Source: Spirochaetales bacterium (GTDB lineage Bacteria; Spirochaetota; Spirochaetia; JAFGDJ01). From it: DNA of 64,000 nucleotides. Shown here in pieces: positions 56,831 to 64,000 of the stretch (positions within the stretch are counted from its first letter, which is position 1; each line of letters opens with the position of its first letter). The position numbers were made by a program, and so were the translations under genes. Location of the stretch: positions 3,329 through 67,328 of the forward strand of contig JAFGDJ010000178.1 of assembly GCA_016932135.1 (NCBI GenBank). Reading direction: 5' to 3'. The notes under the pieces were generated by a model, which saw nothing but the letters and a program-made list of their open reading frames with translations, searched no databases and was not told the DNA's origin.

Positions 56831-58164
56831 AACTCTACGAACAATTACGAAAGGAAGAGATGCCCGGGAGCGATTTAAAGGAATTTCTCGCCCAGTTGCC
56901 CCTGACGGATATCCTTGATTCCTGGTCTTCTCTGACGGCGGAAGAGCATCTGCAGGTATTCTTGAATCTTCCCACGGATACCAAGGTAGACCTGGTGAAC
57001 GAGCTTTCTCCGCCGGAACAGGAGCACCTGATCGGTCTGCTCTCGGAACAGCACATTCGAGCCTTCTTAGAGGGGATGGAGCCCGACGACGTCGCCGACT
57101 TTATGCAGGCGGTGAATCCGGAGGTTCGGAAAGCGGTCTGGGACAACCTCAGTGAAGAAGCCAAGCGGGAAACCCTCTTTCTTCTCCGCTTCGATGAAGA
57201 CGACGCCGCGGGAATCATGACCCCCCGGTACCTGGCCGTCCGCTCCTCCATCTCCGTTTCCCAGGCTATGAACTTCGTACGGAAAAATGTGGAAAACGTG
57301 GAAACCGTGTATTATATCTACGTCATCGATGAAACCAAGCGGCTTACCGGTGTTATCTCCATAAAGGATCTTCTTTCGGCGAAAGACCAGGCTCTGGTTC
57401 GGGACATCATGGAAACCCAGGTTATCTCCGTTCTGGATGAAACCGACCAGGAAGAAGCCGCCCGTATCCTGGAGACCTATGACCTTATCGCTCTGCCGGT
57501 AGTGGACGCCTACCACCGGCTTCTCGGTATTATCACCTTTGACGACGTGATCGATGTTATCCGGGAGGAACACACCGAGGACACCTACAGGATGGGAGCT
57601 ATCGGAGGAACGGCCACCAGGTATCTGGACACTTCGGTGTTCGGCCTGGTAAAAAAACGGGTTCCCTGGCTGATTATCCTCCTCCTGGTGGGGACCATTA
57701 CCACCAATGTGCTGCATCACTACGAATCCATTATCTTAGGAGCCGCTTTCCTGTTCATGTTTATGCCGGTGATTATCCAGACCGGTGGTAACTCCGGCGG
57801 TCAGTCGGCCACCCTGATGATCCGTGGTCTGGCTACGGAGGAGATCCATACACGGGATTTCTGGAGGATTCTGTTGAAGGAACTGGTCGTTGGGCTTCTC
57901 ATGGGAATCATCACCGGAGCGGTGATTCTCCTTCGCAGCTATGTCCTTCCCCCGGGGGTTACCATCTACCAGGCCCTCACCATCGGTTTATCCTTAACCT
58001 TCGTGGTTCTCTTTTCCACCGTGGTTGGAGCCTGCGCTCCCCTGATTATCCGCCGCCTGGGCTTCGACCCCACGGTTATGTCCACCCCCCTTATGGCGAC
58101 CCTCATAGATGTCTGCGGGCTGACGATCTATTTCGAGATCGCCCGGACACTTTTGAATCTGTAG
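56827..58164 (+). CDS. mgtE: magnesium transporter MgtE
   Basis: N-domain, tandem CBS domains and a 5-TM MgtE channel domain. ATGA overlap with murB. Confidence 0.85.
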   Translation: MKLYEQLRKEEMPGSDLKEFLAQLPLTDILDSWSSLTAEEHLQVFLNLPTDTKVDLVNELSPPEQEHLIGLLSEQHIRAFLEGMEPDDVADFMQAVNPEVRKAVWDNLSEEAKRETLFLLRFDEDDAAGIMTPRYLAVRSSISVSQAMNFVRKNVENVETVYYIYVIDETKRLTGVISIKDLLSAKDQALVRDIMETQVISVLDETDQEEAARILETYDLIALPVVDAYHRLLGIITFDDVIDVIREEHTEDTYRMGAIGGTATRYLDTSVFGLVKKRVPWLIILLLVGTITTNVLHHYESIILGAAFLFMFMPVIIQTGGNSGGQSATLMIRGLATEEIHTRDFWRILLKELVVGLLMGIITGAVILLRSYVLPPGVTIYQALTIGLSLTFVVLFSTVVGACAPLIIRRLGFDPTVMSTPLMATLIDVCGLTIYFEIARTLLNL

Positions 58165-58170
58165 GAACTT

Positions 58171-59439
58171 TCAGCCCTTTTCTTCCAGGCGGAAAGCCGC
58201 TCGTACCGTACCTTGCGTATCACCGCCGGCGGTAAAACGACAGGAAGAGCCCTTGAAAGAACCTCTCAAGCCGAGACTGAACCCCTCGTCGGAGTCGTGA
58301 ACCAGGCTCAAGGCCAGAGAGAGCTTATCTCCGGTAAAGGAAGCCTCGAGTTTTCCCCGCAGCGCCGGCTCCGTTGCATCCACCTTTCGCACACGAAGTT
58401 CTCCGGCCAGGGAACCGGCTGGAAAACTAATCTTCAGATCCATTCTCAAGGTGTCGGTTATTCCGCCGGAACCGTCACTCATCCAGTCGATCCGGCGGCC
58501 GAAAAAGAATACGCTCTTCCATGGCGGAAGATCAAGGATCAGCGACGCCTCGGCTTGGTCTGTCACACCCTGCTGGAGATCCGGCAGCAGGCTCAAACGT
58601 TTTACCTCCCGTGCCGCCCCGGCCACCGTTTTAAGACGGCCGGTTTCAGGTATGGTGACCCGGGCTCCAAGGCGGAAAACCTTGTCCGGAGCTTCTCCCG
58701 ACGGGGCAAGGTAGGTTTCCGAGCAGCCCGCCGCCGCTGCTTCAGCTTTCAGCAGGTCGGATGAATATTCGCCTGAAAAGCGCAGAAAAAACCCTTGCCG
58801 CGAATAGCGGGGCAGGCAAAAACCGGCCGCCGTGGCCAGGGTCAGGGGACCGAAGGTTCCCCGGGTCTCCAGGGCCCCGTGAAACAGCCCCTGGGAAAGA
58901 ACCCGGGGGTTACAGCTGAACCAGGAATCCTGAGGTTCAGCCTTTTCCGGCCGGGAGTACAACCCGGCGGCCTGGACGGAAAGAGCCCCGAAGGTGAGGC
59001 CTGAGATACTACCCATCTGCGGATAAGGTCGCAGCATCAGCAACAGTTGATCCGTCCGCCGATCCTCTTCCCGGTAGAACACAGCCCCCTGGGGTGCAGC
59101 CTTTCCCGGGGTATAATCGGCAAAGCACCCGGTCGGTTCGGTAAAAACCGAACTGCCCTGGCCGTACCCCGCCGGAAGTTCCAGCTCTTTGAGCAATCCC
59201 TGGCGGGTCATGCTGCCGAACCGTATTCCGGGGAATGTAAAGGCAAAAGCGGCGTACCGAGGCAGCCCCTCCTTCGAGGAATGGAGAAGGGCCAGCATAA
59301 CATCATCCTCAGCCAGGGTGAAGGTATGGACTGCCTTTTTCCCCGGGCCGTATTCCCCCGTGAACCCGAAGAAAGGCGCTGCCGCGGCAGGCAGGGCGGA
59401 GGAAAACAGGAAAAACAAAAGAGTGATTCTTCTCAGCAT
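58171..59439 (-). CDS. secreted protein of unknown function (possibly beta-rich outer-membrane protein)
   Basis: Signal peptide MLRRITLLFFLFSSALPAAAA, Gly/aromatic-rich composition, and a C-terminal alternating pattern. Confidence 0.4.
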   Translation of the reverse strand: MLRRITLLFFLFSSALPAAAAPFFGFTGEYGPGKKAVHTFTLAEDDVMLALLHSSKEGLPRYAAFAFTFPGIRFGSMTRQGLLKELELPAGYGQGSSVFTEPTGCFADYTPGKAAPQGAVFYREEDRRTDQLLLMLRPYPQMGSISGLTFGALSVQAAGLYSRPEKAEPQDSWFSCNPRVLSQGLFHGALETRGTFGPLTLATAAGFCLPRYSRQGFFLRFSGEYSSDLLKAEAAAAGCSETYLAPSGEAPDKVFRLGARVTIPETGRLKTVAGAAREVKRLSLLPDLQQGVTDQAEASLILDLPPWKSVFFFGRRIDWMSDGSGGITDTLRMDLKISFPAGSLAGELRVRKVDATEPALRGKLEASFTGDKLSLALSLVHDSDEGFSLGLRGSFKGSSCRFTAGGDTQGTVRAAFRLEEKG

Positions 59440-59547
59440 GTAATAAGATACTTACGGTGAAAAAACCTATCCTGCTTCAGCCTTGAAAAAAATTGTCTAT
59501 TCATGGTACATAAGTATAAAAGGATTCTTTTCGACAGGAGTAAAAGC

Positions 59548-60888
59548 ATGATTATATTGACATTAAACTGCGGCAGTTCGTCGGTAAAATACCAGTTATA
59601 CAACTGGGATACCGCGGACGTGCTGGCTTCCGGAATCGTTGAACGGGTTACCCAGGACGGTTCCTTTATCAAACACAAAGCAAAAGGGAAAGAGGAGATT
59701 AAAAAGGACCACCCCTGCCCCACTCATCAGGAAGCCATGGAACTCCTGCTCGAGACCCTGATAGACAAGGAATACGGAGCTCTTTCCAGCATTTCGGAGA
59801 TCAAGGCTGTAGGTCACCGGGTGGTTCACGGGGCGGAGAAATTCGCCAAATCGGTTATCATCACCGAGGAAGCCCTGGCTACCTTCAAGAGCCTGGCCGA
59901 TCTCGCTCCTCTGCATATCCCGGCCAACATCATCGGCATTGAATCGGCCCAGGCGGAACTTCCTGACGTTCCCCATTGTGCCATCATGGACACGGCCTGG
60001 CATCAAACCATGCCCCCCGAAGCCTACCTGTACGCCCTCCCCTACTCCTGGTACACCGATTACGGTATCCGGCGGTACGGGTTTCACGGTACTTCCTTTC
60101 TGTACACCGCCAAGCGGGCGGCGGTACTGTTGGGGAAAGACCCCTTTAAGACCAACCTGGTGATCGCCCATATCGGTAACGGCTCCAGCATCAACGCCGT
60201 GAAAGACGGCATCTCCGTGGACACCTCCATGGGTCTTACCCCCCTGGAAGGATTGATCATGGGCACCCGGGCGGGGGACCATGACCCGGCCATCGGTTTT
60301 CACATGATGAAAAGAACCGGCAAGAGCGCCGATGAAATCGAAAACATCCTGAACAAGAAAAGCGGTGTTTTGGGGATTACCGAGAAGTGGGTGGACCGAC
60401 GGGACATCGAAGTGGCCGCCGAAGAGGGTAATGAAAGGGCTCTCCTGACTCAGAAGATGGAAGCCTACCGGATAAAAAAATACATCGGTGCCTACGCCGC
60501 CGCTTTAGGCGGCCTCGACGCGGTGGTCTTCACCGCCGGTGTTGGCGAGCGGGGTCCCGTAACCCGGCTCCTTTCCTGCAGCGGCCTGGAATACATGGGC
60601 ATCAAGATCGACCCGGCGAAAAACAAGGCATCCATGACCCGAAACGCCGAAACCTGCATCTCTACCGACGATTCTCCGGTGAAGATCTTCGTCATTCCTA
60701 CCAACGAAGAGCTGGTCATGACCGAAGACTCCTACGCCCTGATTTCGGGTACCTACGACGTGCATACCGAGTACACCTACCATTTCCAGGACCCGGGATA
60801 CCGGAACCACGAACGGGAAGAGCTTTTTCCCGAGGACTGTAAGAAGTGGAAAGGTTTGGATAAAATCGTGGCGTTGCCGAAGAGATAA
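59548..60888 (+). CDS. ackA: acetate kinase
   Basis: SD AGGAG upstream of ATG 59548. N-terminal [15 protein letters not shown], and it follows the ASKHA fold throughout. The C-terminus is about 50 aa longer than in typical AckA proteins. Confidence 0.85.
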   Translation: MIILTLNCGSSSVKYQLYNWDTADVLASGIVERVTQDGSFIKHKAKGKEEIKKDHPCPTHQEAMELLLETLIDKEYGALSSISEIKAVGHRVVHGAEKFAKSVIITEEALATFKSLADLAPLHIPANIIGIESAQAELPDVPHCAIMDTAWHQTMPPEAYLYALPYSWYTDYGIRRYGFHGTSFLYTAKRAAVLLGKDPFKTNLVIAHIGNGSSINAVKDGISVDTSMGLTPLEGLIMGTRAGDHDPAIGFHMMKRTGKSADEIENILNKKSGVLGITEKWVDRRDIEVAAEEGNERALLTQKMEAYRIKKYIGAYAAALGGLDAVVFTAGVGERGPVTRLLSCSGLEYMGIKIDPAKNKASMTRNAETCISTDDSPVKIFVIPTNEELVMTEDSYALISGTYDVHTEYTYHFQDPGYRNHEREELFPEDCKKWKGLDKIVALPKR

Positions 60889-60901
60889 TCTCAAGGCTGA
60901 T

Positions 60902-60936
60902 AAAAAAACCGGACCTTCCATAAGGCCCGGTTTTTT
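60902..60936. terminator. bidirectional rho-independent terminator between ackA and kdgK
   Basis: An A-run (60902-08), a stem CCGGACCTT/AAGGCCCGG with one mismatch, and a T-run (60931-36). Confidence 0.6.
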
Positions 60937-60979
60937 ATTGATCCTTCCAGTATATCCATCCCCGGCGGCGGGAGCCGTT

Positions 60980-62008
60980 CTATCTGCTGACCCGTCCGGA
61001 GGCGTCTCCGCCCTGGAGCTTCATCACCTCCTCCAGGCTCACCTGGTTGAAATCACCGAGAATCGAATGTTTCAGGCAGCTGGCCGCCGCGGCAAAGTCC
61101 AGGGCTTCCTGCCGATCCGAGAAGGTATTCAAGCCGTAGATCAGGCCTGCGGCAAAGGAATCCCCTCCTCCGACCCGGTCCACAATGTCGGTAATCTCAT
61201 ATTTTCGACTGTGATAGAACCGTTCACCGTCGTTAAGACAGGCGGACCAGCCGTTCCGGTCGGCGCTGACGCTTTCACGCAGGGTGATGGCCATCTGCTG
61301 AAGATTTGGGAAAGCCTTCAGGACCTTATCCGACAGTTTTCTGTAGGTATCGATATTCAGGACTCCCGATTCCACCCGGGCATCCACCTCGATCCCTAGA
61401 GATTTCTGGCAGTCTTCCTCGTTGGCGATACCGACATCTACATGGCGCACCAGGGCTCCCATGACGTCCACGGCCTTTTCGCCGTAGTTCCAAAGCTTCT
61501 TTCGGTAATTGAAATCGCAGGAAACGGTCAAACCCTTTTCCTTGGCCTTTTTCACCGCCTGCAGGGAGAGCTCTTTGGCGCTCTTGCTGATCGCCGGGGT
61601 AATGCCGGTAATGTGGAACCATGAGGCATCGGAAAAAACCTCATCCCAGTCGATATCCCCGGGCTTCGCCAAAGCCAGGGCGGAATACGAGCGGTCATAC
61701 ACCACGTTGGAAGAACGCTGGTTCGCCCCGGTTTCCAGGAAATAGATTCCCATGCGCCCTTCTCCCCGCCGGATATGGGAAACATCCACGGCGAATTTCC
61801 TCAGTTCCCGCAAACAGGCGTCGCCGACGGCATTCTCCGGCAGGACGGTGACAAAGGAAACCGGCAGATCGAACTGAGCCAGGGATACGGCTACATTGGC
61901 CTCCCCTCCTCCGAAGGTCGCTTCCAGGCTGGGAACCTGGAAAAGGCGGGTAACACCCGGAGCGTTGAGGCGAAGCATGATTTCACCGAAGGTTATGATT
62001 CTTTTCAT
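60980..62008 (-). CDS. kdgK: 2-dehydro-3-deoxygluconokinase (PfkB family)
   Basis: PfkB motifs (GGGEANVA, DTxGAGD-like GGGDSFAAG) and KdgK-like length. Confidence 0.75.
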   Translation of the reverse strand: MKRIITFGEIMLRLNAPGVTRLFQVPSLEATFGGGEANVAVSLAQFDLPVSFVTVLPENAVGDACLRELRKFAVDVSHIRRGEGRMGIYFLETGANQRSSNVVYDRSYSALALAKPGDIDWDEVFSDASWFHITGITPAISKSAKELSLQAVKKAKEKGLTVSCDFNYRKKLWNYGEKAVDVMGALVRHVDVGIANEEDCQKSLGIEVDARVESGVLNIDTYRKLSDKVLKAFPNLQQMAITLRESVSADRNGWSACLNDGERFYHSRKYEITDIVDRVGGGDSFAAGLIYGLNTFSDRQEALDFAAAASCLKHSILGDFNQVSLEEVMKLQGGDASGRVSR

Positions 62009-62040
62009 ACTCTGATCCTTCCTTCCTGTTTATCGATCTG

Positions 62041-62997
62041 CTATTTCTGCACAAGGTGAACGGCAAATCCGCAGAATTCCTGTTCCAGGTACACCGCTAT
62101 CAGGGCATCGTTTTTCATCTTTTTGCTGTCTTCATCCACCGTGAAACCCCGGTTTTGCAAGTAAAAAACAGCCCGATGGATGTTGTTCGTTCTGACGGCC
62201 AGGTGCCCGTTCTTCCCCGGGCCCGGTGTCTTGGTTATTTCAATCCCCGGACCGGCAAAAACCGACGTGTTTCCCGGTTTGGTTTCAAAACCGAAGGCTT
62301 CGTAAAAAAGGGTCGCCAGGCTTAAGGCGGCATTTTCATCCGAGGAATTTATTCCCACGTGGGCCGGTTCGAAACCGAGGAACCTCCGGACCGATTCTTT
62401 TGCCACGGCGGTGATCTTTTCGAAGTTTCCCGCAGTAATGTCTTTGGTGGAGCAGAGCCAGCTGCCTCCCACGGCGTGGATGCAGCTTTCCGATCCGTAA
62501 TCCGCCAGGTTTTCCAGGTCTACCCCTCCCGTGGGGATAAAAGATATCTGCCTGTACGGACCGTTCAGTGCCTTCATTCCTTTCAAGCCGCCGTAGATCG
62601 ACGCGGGGAAAAACTTCAGTATCCTGAGGTTATATTTTAATGCCCGGTCGATCTCGGTGGGGGTGACACAGCCGGGCACCACCGGGATATCCCGTTCCAT
62701 GCACCAGCGGACAATATCCTCATTGAATCCCGGCATAACGATGAACTCCGCTCCGGCGGCTTTTGCCTCTTCAGCCTTTTCCACGGTTAACACCGTACCC
62801 GCACCGATAAGCATGGACGGAACAGCCTTCTTCACCGCCCGGATGGCTTCGATTCCCGCATCGGTCCGTAGAGTGATTTCCATGACACCCACCCCCCCCG
62901 CCAGGAGGGCTTCGGCGGTCCGTACGGCTTCTTCCGCCGATTCCACCACTACCACGGGGACAAGCCCCGTTAAGCCGATTCTTTCCAGCACATCCAT
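62041..62997 (-). CDS. eda: KDPG/KHG aldolase (Eda) fused to a C-terminal VOC/glyoxalase-like domain
   Basis: The N-terminal roughly 210 aa are Eda-like (the VVVVESAEEAV run, a GAG, and the GG of PTGGV). The C-terminal roughly 105 aa have a betaalpha-betabetabeta VOC-like pattern (HVGINSSD...HLAVRTNNIHRAVFYLQNRGF). Confidence 0.65.
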   Translation of the reverse strand: MDVLERIGLTGLVPVVVVESAEEAVRTAEALLAGGVGVMEITLRTDAGIEAIRAVKKAVPSMLIGAGTVLTVEKAEEAKAAGAEFIVMPGFNEDIVRWCMERDIPVVPGCVTPTEIDRALKYNLRILKFFPASIYGGLKGMKALNGPYRQISFIPTGGVDLENLADYGSESCIHAVGGSWLCSTKDITAGNFEKITAVAKESVRRFLGFEPAHVGINSSDENAALSLATLFYEAFGFETKPGNTSVFAGPGIEITKTPGPGKNGHLAVRTNNIHRAVFYLQNRGFTVDEDSKKMKNDALIAVYLEQEFCGFAVHLVQK

Positions 62998-63014
62998 ACC
63001 CAGAGCTCCTTTTT

Positions 63015-63977
63015 TTAGAATGTATTAATCCAGTACCGGGGCACACCCCCGGTAAGAACAGCTTTAACGTTTTCCGCCACCTTGGTTTTCAGTTCCCTCA
63101 CCCCTTCCTGGGTATTGAACCCCGTATGGTCGGTTAATACACAATTGTCCAGGGTCAATAAAGGATCATCCCCGGGCAGGGGTTCGACATGATGGTTGTC
63201 CAGCCCGGCAAAGGCGATTTGTTTTGTCTGTAACGCCTTTACCAGGGCTTGATGATCCAGGACTCCTCCCCGGGAGGTGTTTACAAAGACGGCGGTTTTT
63301 TTCATCCTCCCGAAGGCATCGGCATTCATTATCTTGTCCGTTTCTTTGGTGAGGGGAATATGGAGGGTGACAATATCCGCCTTGGAGAGGGCTTCGCTTA
63401 AGTTCACTGGTTTCGCGCCGTTTTTTTCAATCAGGGCCGGATCCACATAGGGGTCACAAACCAGTACCTCTCCCAGCCCTAAGGCTGAAACTTTACGGTG
63501 AAGACACCGGCCGCTCCTGCCGTAGCCGATGATCGACAGGGTCTTTCCCTTTATCCGGAAGATGTTCTCCCTTCCCAGGTTCCACTTGCCCTGTCGAATG
63601 AGCTTATCTTTTAAGACAATCTGCCGCAGGCTGCAAAAGATATGGGCTAAGGCCAGGTCGGAGACATCTTCTTCACAGTAATCGGGCACATTTGCCAGAT
63701 AGATTTTTTTCCTGGTACAGGCTTCCGGATCGACGTTGTCATACCCCACGCCGTAACGGGAGATAACCCTGACCTTCTCCATGGCCATTACCACCCTCGC
63801 AGGCATGGGGGCCAGGTCAAGCAGAAGCCCGTCGGCCTTCTTACAGATCCGAATAACGTCTTCTTCGGTCCTGCAGTTCTTCACTTCCAGGGCCGCTCCG
63901 CAGTCCCGAAGAATGTTCTCCTCGATACTGTAATCTCCGTGCCGGTCATCCGTGACCATTACCGTAAACTCAGGCAT
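63015..63977 (-). CDS. D-isomer-specific 2-hydroxyacid dehydrogenase family protein
   Basis: Strong SD. NAD-binding GYGRSGR and the catalytic region are typical of the family. Confidence 0.7.
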   Translation of the reverse strand: MPEFTVMVTDDRHGDYSIEENILRDCGAALEVKNCRTEEDVIRICKKADGLLLDLAPMPARVVMAMEKVRVISRYGVGYDNVDPEACTRKKIYLANVPDYCEEDVSDLALAHIFCSLRQIVLKDKLIRQGKWNLGRENIFRIKGKTLSIIGYGRSGRCLHRKVSALGLGEVLVCDPYVDPALIEKNGAKPVNLSEALSKADIVTLHIPLTKETDKIMNADAFGRMKKTAVFVNTSRGGVLDHQALVKALQTKQIAFAGLDNHHVEPLPGDDPLLTLDNCVLTDHTGFNTQEGVRELKTKVAENVKAVLTGGVPRYWINTF

Positions 63978-64000
63978 GCCATACCTCCTGGGAATTGTAC

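Noticed and set aside
1-64000. Search for CRISPR arrays, tRNA/rRNA genes, IS elements, integrases or phage genes.
   Set aside because: No spaced direct-repeat arrays were seen. No intergenic gap exceeds about 170 nt, and none has tRNA-like features. No transposase, integrase or phage-structural homologs were recognised among the ORFs.

Overview
The window is a gene-dense chromosomal segment (about 55% GC, roughly 59 protein-coding genes, no rRNA, tRNA, CRISPR array or obvious mobile element). Gene content suggests a diderm, most plausibly a spirochaete-like bacterium: LolCDE, many lipoproteins, type-2 IleRS, an Rnf complex and McsAB/ClpC. This taxon call is low confidence.

Main blocks, in window order:
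- An MptE-like (DUF115) gene whose frame is open to the window edge, and a MEMO1-family gene.
- A membrane protein with a degenerate GGDEF domain.
- A Gld-like ABC auxiliary operon: ABC ATPase, ABC-2 permease, GldG-like protein, DUF4340.
- rnz, a DEDD exonuclease, and a thiol-disulfide redox module (DUF1573-Trx-DsbD fusion, metallophosphoesterase, TlpA).
- mcsA-mcsB-clpC.
- A long minus-strand operon: Cas2/VapD-like gene, prfB (with the canonical +1 frameshift site CTT TGA C), cheY-like gene, PEGA protein, ftsY, repeat protein, lolCDE.
- A GH57-like gene coupled to a complete rnfCDGEAB operon.
- An rluA-like gene, an HprK-like P-loop/Asp23 fusion, and a TPR lipoprotein.
- A pcnB-like gene and hisS.
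- The operon valS-ileS-lipoprotein-hisH-hisF-fmdB.
- A Crp-like regulator with tandem cNMP-binding domains.
- An ECF sigma/anti-sigma operon with two secreted proteins, one an IPT/TIG protein with a Cys-less transglutaminase-like domain.
- cysS, murB-mgtE, ackA, and a kdgK/eda-VOC/2-hydroxyacid dehydrogenase cluster.

The most unusual items are the HprK-like P-loop/Asp23 fusion, the orphan Cas2/VapD-like gene translationally coupled to prfB, the ECF-linked IPT/TIG transglutaminase-like module, and several apparently catalytically degenerate domains (GGDEF, GH57, transglutaminase, DUF1570-like).

All calls come from reading the translated ORFs and the DNA by eye. No database search was run.
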